Source of the DNA: Octopus vulgaris
Taxonomy: Eukaryota
Reading direction: 5' to 3'
NCBI GenBank assembly: GCA_951406725.2
Contig: OX597824.1
Location: forward strand, 36,890,001 to 36,954,000
Length of the DNA: 64,000 nucleotides
Each line of letters starts with the position of its first letter. Position 1 is the stretch's first letter. The notes beneath the pieces are model-generated. The model made no database searches. It was given only the letters and a program-made list of their open reading frames with translations, and was not told the origin of the DNA. Below, piece by piece: positions 24,527 through 37,873 of the stretch. The position numbers and the translations under genes were made by a program.

Positions 24527-24987
24527 CAATGAATTAATCAATTAATCTAATTCCAAGAACTAGATCATTTTCCCTCTCAGTAATAATGGAATTTTATTCT
24601 TTATACAATTCAAATGTAGTAAATAATTGCAGTGAATTAAGTGGAACATGTCTGAATAACATTCCTTTTTTCTGTTAGACTTCCTGAAAATATCATGAGC
24701 AATATCAAGATATTAATTATATTAATATCATAGTACTGCCAAGACTTATAATAAATATCAGCTGCTCATAATTAATCTATTAAATTAAAATATAATTTTT
24801 CCCCACTAAACAAAGCCAGATACACATCATAATCACACTGATGTGAATCAAACTTGCTCTACCGTTTCCTATTCTGTGGTTTATGTTTACAGCTGATGGA
24901 TTGTCTGTCTGACCCATATCTCTCTGGTAAAATATACAATAAAATATGATTTGGATTATTTCAGTTAGCATGTTCTTTTCACTACAT

Positions 24988-25478
24988 TGTGAAATCGAAG
25001 TCGAAATCAAATTCAATGACTGGCATCCATGCTAGTGGAGCGCTAAGAGTACCATACGAGTGAGATCGTTGCCAGAGCAACAAGCTGGCTTCCGTGTCGA
25101 TGGCACATTAAAAACACCATTCAAGCATGATCATTACCTGCGTTGCCTTACTAGCACTTGTGCTGGTGGCATGTGAAAAAACATTCGAACGAGGGTGTTG
25201 CCAGTGCCGCTGGACTGGCTCCTGTGCAGGTGGCACATAAAAAGCACCATTTGAGCATGGCCATTGCCAGTACCACCTGACTGGCCCTCATGCCGGTGGC
25301 ATGTAAAAAGCACCCACTACACTCATGGAGTGGTTGGCGTTAGGAAGGGCATCCAGCTGTAGAAACTTTGCCAGATTGGATTGGAGTCTGGTGCAGCCAT
25401 CTGGTTCGCCAAACCTCAGTCAAATCGTCCAACCCATGCTAGCATGGAAAGCGGACGTTAAACCATGATGATGATGAT
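24988..25478 (+). mobile_element. RTE-family 3' UTR fragment with ~60-bp tandem repeats and (GAT)n tail
   Basis: Similar to 2535-3020. Confidence 0.8.
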
Positions 25479-27334
25479 GTGCAGTGGAATCTCTCTTTAT
25501 GAATGACTCTGATCATAAACAAATTGGTTTCCAAACAGCCTTTTTTAATATAAAATATCTTGGTTGATGAAGAGAGTCTCAAGTAATGAACACACAATCC
25601 AGCAACAACAGTTGGTAACAAGCTGGGAATATCAGCTGAATGGCATCAGCTGCTGTCTGGCTTTCACTTGGTGCACATCCCTGCTTGAATTTGCTGTGCC
25701 TTCTCGAGAATTTCCTAATGGGAAAAAGTTCCAGTTTATGAACATTTCGGGTGAAGAACAGCGTTCAGGAGTTGATTAAATTTGTAAACCACTGGTTCCA
25801 CTGTATGGTTTTATTTTGGGGTTTTTTTTTGACAAAACTAGGATACAATTTATGTATGGCAACAGCAGTATCTTATTCTTACAGAAGGAATCAAGCAGAC
25901 CGAATCAAATAAAATTATGCTCTTTGACTCAATTTTCATGACTGGCAGACAAGTTTCAAGAGCATCTAACGATGGCTGTAGTCACAAGACAAAATTTATC
26001 AATATATAGTTTGTAAGCCAGTATTCTAACCTTATTGTTATTGTGCCTCATTTCATTCACTAAAGCTTTATAAACAAACTTAATTAAGATATTGATTGAG
26101 CAGTCTTTAATATGTCTTATTAAAACTCTCCTTTATCTCAACAAACACAAAACACAATTTTCCTCGATTCATCATTTCATTCTTGTCTTCTTGGTCATTC
26201 TGCTTTTTGAAACATGCACTGGATTTTAATGGTGAGTACATACAGCATGATTAAATCTGGGCCTTTTAAAAATTTTTTTTTTTTTTGTCAAAGGCTGAAA
26301 ATAATTAGCAATGAACACCTGCTGGCCTTACACAAGGTAAACATGTATATGACATTAATGCATTAATCCCATACAGACCTGAAGCAATATAACAGCTGCA
26401 GAGATAAACATGTTAGTCCTGACTTCGGCAGTGATGTTAGCCAAAAACATATTTACATTCCAAAAAATCATATCAGGAAAAATTAGTTTCCTTTCCAGAT
26501 TTACAAAGCAGTAGCTCTATGGTAAGTACACACACACACACACACACACACAAACAAACAAACAAACACACATCAACTTAGATATTTCAAACTGGATATG
26601 CATCATTTTCATCTCCAGTAACCTATGGACTCATAGCAATCTAAATCCCATTTAATGCCATCAACACACACACTTCCCATTCATTTAACTTATAAGATAT
26701 GCCTTCCTTCCTTCCTTCCTTCCTTTCTTCATTCATTCAGTCATTCATTCCTTGTGCAGCTAAATTACTTCTCTAAAAAACAAATGCTGAACCTATCAAT
26801 TTCTTGGATCACATATCACTGATTTGTGGAATAAAGTATCAATAATATACTCAAAGCTGCTCACTAAATGTTTTCCTTTTAAGGGCCTAGAATATACTTC
26901 ATAACTGAGCCGTTGAATTGTCCTCTCCACATATGACCTACTTTAAAGAACTCTTGTCATATCTGGAACAGAACAGCTGCTACACACACAACCATTTTAG
27001 TCTGCATTAATAAACCAAACCAAAAAAGAAAAAAACCCACTGAAGTGATTTGTAAGCCTTCACTCATCAGCATGCTATGGTGACATCATGTCTCCTTTCT
27101 GACTCTTCTACCATTTTTTTACTATAATTCCTGCATCTGTGAGTTAGCAAATGGGTACCAGCCCTTTCAGCGCTCCCCCACCTCCACTCCTACACGTCAT
27201 AATCATAATGTCACACTCTCTATATTCAAATCTCTCAACACTCCTTACAATCCTTCCTTTTCACAGTTGTAATTCTCTGAAACTTTCTCCCATCCCAAAC
27301 TTTCCTTATAGGTACCAACCAGCAAGTGTTAAAG

Positions 27335-27788
27335 TTAACCCTTTAGCATCTAAACCGGCCAAATCCTGTCCAAATATTCTATAGATTTTATGTTCAAGCC
27401 AACCAGATTTGGCCTCTCACACTTATCATACAATGTTAATCTAAAAATATACAATCACAGTATTGAAAATTCAAAGCTATGAGATAATGCAAGATTAATT
27501 CAAAACCAATTTGAATAAATAAGCATTATGTTTGACAGAGTAATCTAAATGCTAAAGGTTTAATCCTTTCATTACTGAATTTATTTAGAGATGCTCTGTG
27601 TTTCTTTCAATTATTTTAAATATAACAAAGAATTTAATAAAATAACTTAGGTATCATTAAGCTAGTGTTAGGAATATAAATTGCGAATAAGATTTGGTGG
27701 AAGATTTTAATTCAAAACTTATGAAAACAAGATCTGTATATTAAAGATCCAGAGTCGGTTTCAGCCAGGTTGGTAATGAAAGGGTTAA
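27335..27788. mobile_element. Tandem MITE B plus MITE A sharing a TTAA at 27560-27563
   Basis: TTAA-B-TTAA-A-TTAA arrangement. Confidence 0.85.
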
Positions 27789-27796
27789 ATAATACC

Positions 27797-28054
27797 CATT
27801 TCTTTACTACCCACAAGGAGCCAAACATAGAGGGGACAAACAAGGACAGACATAGGTATTAAGTCGATTACATCGACCCCAGTGCGTAACTGGTACTTAA
27901 TTTATCAACCCCAGTGCGTAACTGGTACTTAATTTATCGACCCCGAAAGGATGAAAGGCAAAGTCGACCTCGGCGGAATTTGAACTCACAACAGCAGCCG
28001 AAATACCGCTAAGCATTTCGCCCGACGTGCTAACGATTCTGCCAGCTCGCCGCC
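27797..28054 (-). mobile_element. SINE family 2 (ggcggcgagctggcag... head) with an internal 32-bp duplication
   Basis: Matches 57277-57507; core gtcgactttgcctttcatcctttcggggtcgat. Confidence 0.85.
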
Positions 28055-28599
28055 ACAGCAGTAGCCCCAACGGTGAGAGAGGTCCTACCTATGAGCACTG
28101 ATTTAGAGAACTACTGTTTTTATGACAATTTAAAAAGGACCTCCTTGCATTAGGCAATAACAGGTTGTTTATAAAAATCAATGCGTTGTATTCATAATCA
28201 TGATCATTATGATGATGATGATCATCATCATCATCATCATATAAACAGCAAATTGATTTTAATGACCAGCTTTTATATAATGGTCAATATGTTTAAAATA
28301 TCAGTGCATAAGTATATGCATGTGTGTTTGTATATGTATGTACGTATGTATGCTGTGTGTGTGTGTGTATACATGTGCGCACATGTCTAGGAACATTCAT
28401 TGTAAACACGTTCGTTGGAAACACTTTGTTTATCGCAGGACGAAGACATATTGATAAAAAAGAAAGAAAAAAATTCAAGAGACAAATTGACTGAAAACAT
28501 TAGTTGAAAGAAAAATGAATTATTCAGTGTTATTTCCAGAAAATACATTTAAAAATAAAAGGCAAAGATTTATTGCTATTTGAATCAACTGTCATCATA

Positions 28600-29002
28600 T
28601 CTCTTTTACTCTGTTTCAGTCATTTGACTGTGGCCATGCTGGAGCACCACCTTTAGTCGAGTAGATCGACTCTCCAAGACTTATTCTTTGTAAGCCTAGT
28701 ACTTATTCTATCTGTCTGTCTTGCTGAACTGCTAAGTTACGGGGACGTAAACACACCAGCATCGGTTGTCAAGCGATGTTGGGAGGGAGACAAACACAGA
28801 CACACAAACATATACACAAACATACATATATATATATATATGCATAAATGCAACAGGCTTCTTTCAGCTTCTGTCGACCAATTCCACTCACAAGGCTTTG
28901 ATCGGACCGAGGCTAATGTAGACGACACGCAGTGGGACTGAACCCGGAACCATGTGGTTCGTAAGCAAGCTACTTTCCACACAACAGCCACTCCTATGCC
29001 TG
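28600..29002 (-). mobile_element. SINE family 1
   Basis: Matches the family pattern, with a small internal deletion. Confidence 0.85.
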
Positions 29003-29363
29003 TCCACACAACCACTCAATCTACACAATTTGTCACTGGACTGAAAAAGTCATTTATGATAATCATAAAATATAAACATCCATGTTATAAAATCATTAGT
29101 ATTACTTAGACAGATATATTGGACACAGAATAATTAACCGAGGCCGACTACTTAGGTGTCAGTCAAGTACTAGCAACCATTGAATTGTTGTTTGTGTGAC
29201 TGTGTTAGAAAGAGTTATTTCAAGGTCAAGAGGTGCCATGGTGATGAATTGATGTAGTGACAAACAAAACATCTTGTGGCAATCTGCTGCATTTCTTATG
29301 CTTCTAAAATCAAATCCCACCACAACCAATTGTGCAGGTCATCCTTCAAGAGTCTCTGTCAGG

Positions 29364-29434
<71 letters not shown>

Positions 29435-29439
<5 letters not shown>

Positions 29440-29650
29440 CTTTACTACCCACAAGGGGCCAAACATAGAGGGGACAAACAAAGGAATTAAGTCGATTATA
29501 TCGACCCCAGTGCGTAACTGGTACTTTATTTATCGACCCCGAAAGAATGAAAGGCAAAGTCGACCTCGGCGGAATTTGAACTCAGAACGTAGCGGTAGAC
29601 GAAATACCGCTAAGCATTTCGCCCGCCGCGCTAACGTTTCTGCCAGCTCG

Positions 29651-29653
<3 letters not shown>
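29435..29653 (-). mobile_element. SINE family 2, CpG-rich (young-looking) copy embedded in (TA)n
   Basis: (TA)n at 29365-29436 and 29654-29716 on either side. Confidence 0.88.
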
Positions 29654-29724
<71 letters not shown>

Positions 29725-31257
29725 ATATACATATCTAATTCTACAAACACACACACACACACATACACACACACACACACACATATGCCAATCCTATTAC
29801 TGCTCTCATCTTCCTAAGCCAATTCAGGCACCATTGGCAATCCTCACTCTACATCCACCCTTCAACCTTATTCACTACTTGCAGACTAACACCTGCCTTT
29901 CCTCTTCCATTCCCTTATCTCTTCCTCCATGCACTGGAGCACGATGCCGAAGCATCCAACCTATGCCAGCATTGGAACATGGACATTAGATGATGATGAT
30001 GATGATGATGGTGACAACAGTTGTGGTGGCAGCAATGATGATAATGATAATGATAATGATGAGGATAACGATGATGATAATAATGATGACAACAGCAATG
30101 AATGCGATGATGATGATGATGCTGATACATATATCATTGCTTTAACTTCCACCTTTCCCATGGTTGTATGAGTCTGACGGAATTACTGGAGACAACCCTT
30201 TCCTGCTGCCAACCTTCACCTGATTCCAAGCAAGGTTAATATTTCCCATTGCCCTTCAAACACAAATGGCACATTTTCACAGAAAATTGGTAAATCAGTA
30301 ACACCACTTATATGATGATAGTATTTGTCTATAGTCACCATGCAATGTTAAGCACACACACAATGGAGTTAATCTCATTAAATGGTATCTTGAGAAAGCG
30401 TTTTCTATAACCCTGGGTCATGAATTTGGTAAATAAAAACTGAAAGAAGCGTATCATATTCTTTTACTTGTTTCAATCATTTGACTGCTGCCATGCGGGA
30501 GTTCTGCCTTAAATAGTTTTTTAGTCGAAGAAATCGACCCCTGGACTTATTCTTTGTAAGCCTAGTACTTATTCTATCAGTCTCTTTTGCCGAACCACTA
30601 AGTTACAGGGACATAAACATGCCAACATCAGTGTGTGCATGTGTGTGTGCGCGTATGCATGCACATGCATGTGTGTGTGTGTGTGTGTGTGTGTGTTTAT
30701 GTGTGTGTGTTCCTGTATGAACATTACATTCATTATACTCTCAACCTTAAATAATACATTTGAAAAAACATGTTCAACAACAACGATAACAACACTAACA
30801 ACCTGATCAAACCTGATCAAAACCAATAAAACTGATAATCTCTCAATAAGCTTCCGATGATAACCCATCTACAATTAGCTCCAATAATGTGTAGTTAATT
30901 AGAGATTAATGGCTTAGATATGATTACTACAGGTGAGTAAAGGTGTTAATAGAAAATTGTAGACAGATATTACAACATTAACCTGACATAGTAAAACTAA
31001 AGGTATATACATACAGATGTCGATCAAGTACATACATAGAATGAACACCCACACACACACACACACATATATGCAGACAGATTTAGAATAAATACATATA
31101 TAGAATGAACGTGCACACACACATACATGCATGCTTACAAAGAACATTTTTGAAGTAAGGAGCGGTGTGGGGAATGAAACAGCAAAAAAGAAAACAAGGA
31201 AAAAGAACAGCATGGAAGAGAAAAGAAATAAAGATTAAAGCAAGGGATGGAAGTGAC

Positions 31258-31300
<43 letters not shown>

Positions 31301-31542
31301 AACAAAAAATGATAGAAAGAAAGAAATCATGTTGTGTCCCAGGCCCTAATGACAGGAAAACGTTTAGTATATGAGAACAACTGTGTGCAGAGATCGCCAC
31401 TAGGAACCTAAGGTATTCATTCATGTCACAAAAAACCATAATAGAGGAAATGGTAATTCCTCCAATCAAAAACAGAGTCTAAATATTTTAAAACTTTCTC
31501 GTAAACATTTTCAGTCTCATTATTGTTTCTTTCAGAAGAAAT

Positions 31543-32157
31543 TTAACCCTTTAGTATTATAAACTGACCATATCCAGCCCAAATATTCTACTTTTTATGT
31601 TCAAACTGGCATGATCTGGCCTGTCATACCTACCCTGCAATGTCATTCTAAAAGTATACAATCACATCATTGAAATCTTGAAGCCATAAGACAATGCATG
31701 ATTGATTCCAAACGATGTGAATACTCTTTTACTTGTTTCAGTCATTTGACTGTGGCCATGCAAGAGCACTGCCTTTAGTCGAGCAAATTGACCTCAGGAC
31801 TTATTCTTTGTAAGCCTAATACTTATTCTATCAGTTCTTTTGCCAAACTGCTAAGTTACAAGGACGTAAACACACCAGCAATGGTTGTCAAGCAATGTTG
31901 GGGGGACAAACACAGACACACAAACATATATACACACATACATATATACGATGGGCTTTTTTCAGTTTCCGTCAATCAAATCCACTCACAAGGCTTTGGT
32001 TGGCCCGAGGCTATAGTAGAAGACACTTGCCCATGGTGTTACGCAGTGGGACTGAACCCAGAACCACATGGTTTGTAAGCAAGCTACTTACCACACAGCC
32101 ACTCCTACGCCTATAAACATTAAATTTGACAGAGTAATCTGAATGCTAAAGGGTTAA
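31543..32157. mobile_element. MITE family B interrupted by SINE family 1 (31722-32112, -)
   Basis: TTAA-ccctttag ... ctaaaggg-TTAA; the MITE sequence resumes after the SINE. Confidence 0.85.
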
Positions 32158-32293
32158 GCAGTCATCCTTCTGTCTTTGAAATGGAATAACTTCTTACTGG
32201 AACATCTTTCCACTTTGGGTGTTGTTTTGGTAAAAAGAAGCAAACTATAAACCAAAGAAAGGTCACAGAGTCAACCAATGTAACTTTATCCTA

Positions 32294-32522
32294 TTAACCC
32301 TTTCAATACCAACCCGGCTGAAACCAGCTCTGGCTCTGTAGTACAAATGTCATGTTTACATAAGTTTTGAATTTAAATCTTCCACCAAACCTCAGTCACA
32401 ATTTATGTTCCTAACACTAGCTTAATAATAATGAGCTTATTTTATTAAATTCTTTGTCATATTTAAAATAATTGAAAGAAACACAGAGCATCTCAAAATA
32501 AATATGGTAACAAAAGGGTTAA
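32294..32522. mobile_element. piggyBac-type MITE family A (reverse)
   Basis: TTAA-cccttt ... aaaggg-TTAA. Confidence 0.85.
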
Positions 32523-32600
32523 AATGTGTTCTCAATGAAAGATTTCACAACTTGCTCCAGAGAAAATATAGGTTCCCTTTAGAGGACCTTAAAGGGGGTA

Positions 32601-32930
32601 AAAACAAATAAAATTAATGCAATGCATTATTGCATTAATTTTATTTGTTTTGCAAGATTCCTGAAATGAAATTTTGTGTTGAAACAAATATTGTTATGTT
32701 TCAGGATGGTCAGTGTTTTTCTTTTTTTTTTTTACAAATAAACATACTCTACAAAACTTTCATCACACATCCTGTGACCTCTTCAGTGAAGAGGTCACAG
32801 GATGTATGATGAATGATTTAGACAAAGGACACAACAATAAGAACAAATATATAGTGTGTGTTTATTTGGCGATGTAAAAAAAAAAGGTCCATCCCAAAAT
32901 ATGACAATAAATTTAATGCAGTAATATATA
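32601..32930. mobile_element. Nested fold-back element centred near 32786 with a hammerhead-like core
   Basis: Perfect 23-bp hairpin at 32601-32651; ~26-bp hairpin at 32760-32812; diverged outer arms at about 32626-32752 and 32850-32925. Confidence 0.55.
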
Positions 32931-33780
32931 AGCAGACAAACATACTGACACAGATTTTACAAGATTTTCACAACAAAATTCGTTTGTAATGTTAATATTT
33001 TTATGTTGTAAACAAATGATTCAGTTCTAAAATGATTCCCCACTCATTTTTATTTATAAACAGTTTCTATTCTTGTCAAAAGGTGGGGAAAAAATCGATC
33101 ATGTGGATAAAAGATCAGGAACATTGGGTGGGTAACGGTTGCAAGTGTGTGATGAGAGAATAAGAAGCAAAGATAGGGGTGGAGGTAGCTAGAGCTCATA
33201 TAGGGGTGAATGTAGTGAGTGTTTTACAAGGGTGGTAGGTGGTTAAGAATATGGGATGGGTGTTGACAGGAACTGACTCAGGGGAAAGAGAGTGATGACT
33301 AACAACATAGAAAGAGTAATCAATGGAAAATATGAGTGGGGAGGGACAATGTTAAGAATGAAGGACAGAATGTAAAGAGAAGAGGCAACGAGAAGAAGAA
33401 ATGATAGCTGGCAATACATAAATGAGTGATATATGTAGTTCTGCTCTCATCTAATTACAGTAGCAGAATAATGCAGTAGATAGTAGAGTGATGGAGGAAT
33501 AAATAATAGGAAGATGAGGGGTGGTGAGGAGCAGCAGATGAAGGCTTGACAGGGACATGTTGGGGTAAGGGGTCCAGTTGTATATATTCACATTAGGCTT
33601 CTAGAATTTTCATTTCACTCTGTGAGCAGAGAAGGGTGGATCTTGTCAAGTATTACACACCACTAATAAACTCATTTTTGTCATCCCCATGGATCCCAAC
33701 ATCTAGAGATCAGCCTTCACCCCTTCATCACACATCTTTCAGAGCCTCCCTCTTCTACAAGTTTCATCTGCTCTAAACAA

Positions 33781-33953
33781 TGAAGCATATGGAAACATGT
33801 GAAGCATATGGATGAAACATGTGTAGCATATGGATGAAACATGTGTAGCATATGGATGAAACATGTGAAGCATATGGATGAAACATGTGTAGCATATGGA
33901 TGAAACATGTGTAGCATATGGATGAAACATGTGAAGCATATGCTTCACATGTT
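33781..33953. repeat. 22-bp minisatellite (tgtgwagcatatggatgaaaca, about 7 units) ending in a perfect 28-bp palindrome
   Basis: Seen directly; palindrome at 33926-33953. Confidence 0.92.
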
Positions 33954-34171
33954 CACACAAACACTTTTTCTCTTGCACATTACATCTGATCCCTCTTATA
34001 CCCAGTTTTTTTTTTTCTCTCTCATCACATTTGTTCTCTGTAATTCTGGAACACTCACTAGCAGATTCAAAAAAGCATGCTTCTTTTATTCATTTCTAGT
34101 CTGCAAGTCATGAGCATTGATGGTTCACATCTCATGTAGCACTGCAGTTCATATGCAAGCATCATGGTGGT

Positions 34172-34204
<33 letters not shown>

Positions 34205-34916
34205 ACGCGCACATGTATTTCTGTTGCCCAAGAAATCCCAGTTCCTGATATGAACATCATTGGGTGTTGTAGAGCAGCTTCAAGATTAAAAACCTGAAAT
34301 CAAGAATAATCAAATGATTTTGATCGATCTGTAAATCAGGGCAAGGGAAGATAAGGTGCAAGACCAATTTTATTGTGAAAGGGTTCCAATAGATTAATTA
34401 ATTTAAGAGACCTGCAATTATTTTAATGACTCTGATTAACTAACAAACAAATTCAACTCCAATATGAATGAACACGTGCGTGTAGAGATGTGTGAAAATA
34501 CATGTGTGTATACATGTGTGTGAGTATATATGTGTGTAAAATATATTTAAGAAAACAGCAATTAAATAGAATAATTTAAGTTGAAAGACTCTGATGGCAA
34601 AATTAGGATAAAAGTGGTTAACTTAGGATGATGAAGGTTGACCAAATAATTCTATCAAATACTTGAAAATGAACTGAAAGTTGAATTTAATGAAGTGGTT
34701 AGCCCCTGCTTTAGCCTTCTGTTCTATTATTTGTTATGTAATGAGAATCTGGCATTGAATTATAACTGTTACCTTTTTTCTTCTGCAACCTTTATTAAAA
34801 ATCTCACAAACTCTCTGAAAACAACTCTAAATGACTTGATTAATGGAACAAAAGAGAAAGCTGTTCTGCTCCTCTTTATAAGTCATGCTTCCATTTCAAG
34901 AGATCAAGTACACAAC

Positions 34917-34970
<54 letters not shown>

Positions 34971-34972
<2 letters not shown>

Positions 34973-35292
34973 TGTTGTCATAGGTGCCCTGGGAATGATA
35001 GCAAAAGGGGCTGATTGCTACCTAGCTCAGATACCAAGAAACCCCAAAATGGCAGAAATTCAAAACATAGTACTCATGAGAACTGCCCATATCCTACACA
35101 AAATACTTTCTATGTAATCTCAAGTTTTAAAACAAACATAATTTTCTTATGGTTTCTTAAACATTCTCTAGAACAACACCAAATATATGGCACCCAAGGC
35201 ATAACACCAACAAGAACTTCCAACTTGTTGTCTCTTGAGGTCTCTGGGTGAGACTTGAAGCCAACTTGTACAAATGTAAAGCAAAAGTCAAA
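34971..35292 (+). mobile_element. R4/Dong-type 3' fragment following (AAT)n
   Basis: TVVIGALGMI...EIQNIVLMRTAHILHKILSM is a typical C-terminus of RLE non-LTR elements. Confidence 0.75.
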
Positions 35293-35489
35293 TGACGATG
35301 ACGCCGCCGCCGCTGACGATGCTCAGAGAGCGCAACCCTCCACCAAGGCAACTCCAATGTCCTCTCAACGATTAGCCAGAGATGATTTCTAAAATGAAAA
35401 TATCTTAAATAAACTCGACTGCTCTCACAAACGAGAATACTAAAAATGAACCTGACCACTGTCAGAAATTAAGTAAAAAAAAACAGAAA

Positions 35490-35670
35490 AATAATCCAGA
35501 ATCTTTGTCCAATACCAGACTGATACCAAAATCTAATCAGTCACGAGGTCAAACATCTCTGAAAGTTTCATCTGAATCCATCCAGTGGTTCTTGAGATTT
35601 CTTGTCCATGGACAAACAAACAAACATGACAGAAAACAATACCTCTGCTTTTGCTAAAGCAGAAGTAATA
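35490..35670. mobile_element. Helentron/DINE-1-like non-autonomous fragment
   Basis: aagtttcatctgaatccatccagtggtt, an (ACAA)n tract and a terminal hairpin tacctctgcttt-tgct-aaagcagaagta. Confidence 0.55.
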
Positions 35671-35671
35671 A

Positions 35672-36503
35672 TTTCAGATTTTGGCACAAGGCCAGCAGTT
35701 TTGGGGGAGGGGATAAGTTTATTACAGTGATACTCACTGTTCAACTGGTACTTATTTTATCAACCTCAAAAGGTTGAAAGGCAACCTCAGCAGCATTTGA
35801 ACTCAGAATGTAAAGATAAAATGCCACTAAGCATTTTGCCCAGGATGCTAATGATTCTGCCAGCTCACCACTGACAATTCTGCCAGCTCACCATTGTCTT
35901 TAATGCCCACAAGGGGGTTAAACAGAGGGGACAAACAAAGAGATTAAGCTGATTACATCGACCCAGTGCATAACTGGTACTTGTTTAATTGACCCTGAAA
36001 GGACAAAAGGCAAAGTTGACCTCGGCGGAATTTGAACTCAGAACGTAACGGCAGACAAAATACCTATTTCTTTACTACCCACAAGGGGCTAAACACAGAG
36101 GACAAACAAATGGATTAAGTCAATTATATTGACCCCAGTGCGTAACTGGTACTTGTTTAATCGACCCCGAAAGGGTGAAAGGCAAAGTCGACCTCGGCGG
36201 AATTAGAACTCAGAATGTAGCAGAAGATGAAATACCGCTAAGCATTTCATCGGACATGCTAACGTTTCTGCCAGCTCACCATTAATAATAATCCTTTCTT
36301 CTATAGGTACAAGGTAAGCAATTTGGAGGGGAAGGTTATAGTCAATTACATTGACCCCCAGTGCTCAACTGGTACTTAATTTATTGACCCCAAAAGAGGA
36401 TGAAAGGCAAAGTCAATCTCAGTGGAATTTGAACACAGAAAGGACAAAATACTGCTAAGCATCTTGTCCAGTGTGCTAACGATTCCGCCAGCTGGCTGTC
36501 CTA

Positions 36504-36548
<45 letters not shown>

Positions 36549-37037
36549 CCCTGCAAGAAGTGCAAAAGATTGTCTTAACTGGTACATCACACATATTGAG
36601 AAGAGCATTGTCGATGTGAGAACTATTACTACCCATGTATTTTAATTTAACTTAAAAAAAAATTTTTTTTTAAATGAAAGAACTATTGAGTTTAGTTTAA
36701 TGGCCTACCAATGTATACTATGAGTTTCTTTGCCCTAGGAGTCGGGAAGACACTCGGCAAGAAATGGAAGCAAATTTGAAAGAAGAAAAAAAAAAAAAAA
36801 ATAATAATAATAATAATAATAATCCTTTCTACTATAAGCACAAGGCCTGGATTTGGGGGGGAGGGGGACGTACGATCACATCAACCTCAGTACTCAACTA
36901 GTACTTAATTTATTGACCCTAAAAGGATGAAAGGCAAAGTCAACCTCAACAAAATTTAAGCTCAGAATATAGCAACAGGAGAAATACCACTCAGCATTTC
37001 ATCCAGCATGCTAACAATTCTGCTAGCTCACCACCTT
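35672..37037 (-). mobile_element. Cluster of about 5 SINE family 2 copies linked by (AAT)n, plus an R4/Dong 3' fragment (about 36549-36800, +)
   Basis: Repeated gaaaggatgaaaggcaaagtcgacc core; LQEVQKIVLTGTSHILRRALSM remnant. Confidence 0.8.
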
Positions 37038-37106
37038 AATAATAATGGTGATGACGATGACGACAACAACGACGATGACGACGATGATGATGATGATGAT
37101 AATAAC

Positions 37107-37873
37107 TGCCCTGATGCAGTACCAGACGGTAAATCTCATGGCTTCTGATCTTGTGTTATCATGTACATTGTTTTGTCTTGGTATAAAAGATGGGCTACAG
37201 CAAATATTCTGCTCAATACCAGATTTGCTTGTCAGTTGTTTGACCTAAACCAGTTGAGCATGTCCCTTAGTGGCTGATGATATGTGCATCTCTGATCACA
37301 AGCAGAAGTAGTGGGGGAGCATCATAGCCATGTGTTGAGAGGGATTCTTTGGGATTTGAATAATTCATCTTTGGAAACATGGGTGTTTCATTCAACATCC
37401 TTAACCCTTTTGTTACTGTATTTATTTTGAGATGCTCTGTGTTTCTTTCAATTACTTTAAATATAACAAAGAATTTAGTAAAATAACTTAGTTATCATTA
37501 AGCTAGTGTCAGGAACATTAATTGTGACTAAGGTTTGGTGGCAAATTTTAATTCAAAACTTATGAAAACAAGACATTAGTACTCAGAGCTAGAGCCGGTT
37601 TTGGCCGGGTTAGTAATGAAAGGGTTAAACAACCCTTATTCAGGGACCGTTTGAGCAAGATGGGCTACTCGACCAGAAGAAAATTCTAACTGGGCTCCAC
37701 CTGCAAGGTCATGTGCTGTTTATCTTGATATGATATCACCATGTTGCGCACATATGGTTGTGAGGCACATGCCTGGTGTACCCTTATCAGACAGGTAGTC
37801 ACGATGAGTATACTGGGCTTTGTATATTTTACCCCAGTGTCACTTTGATGGCATGCACTGCTCTCTCTCAGTC
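37107..37873 (+). mobile_element. ~550-bp (AAT)n-flanked non-coding element interrupted by MITE A (37405-37624)
   Basis: Co-terminal with the reverse copy at 40983-41538, which has a single TTAA at the empty site. Confidence 0.8.

Noticed and set aside
24861-24925. Possible small minus-strand exon (ttttaccag ... gtagag)
   Set aside because: No myosin similarity and a weak donor; cannot be supported without RNA data.
26943-26969. Minus-strand VPDMT peptide resembling a myosin head start
   Set aside because: A stop follows within three codons and all frames close quickly; coincidental.
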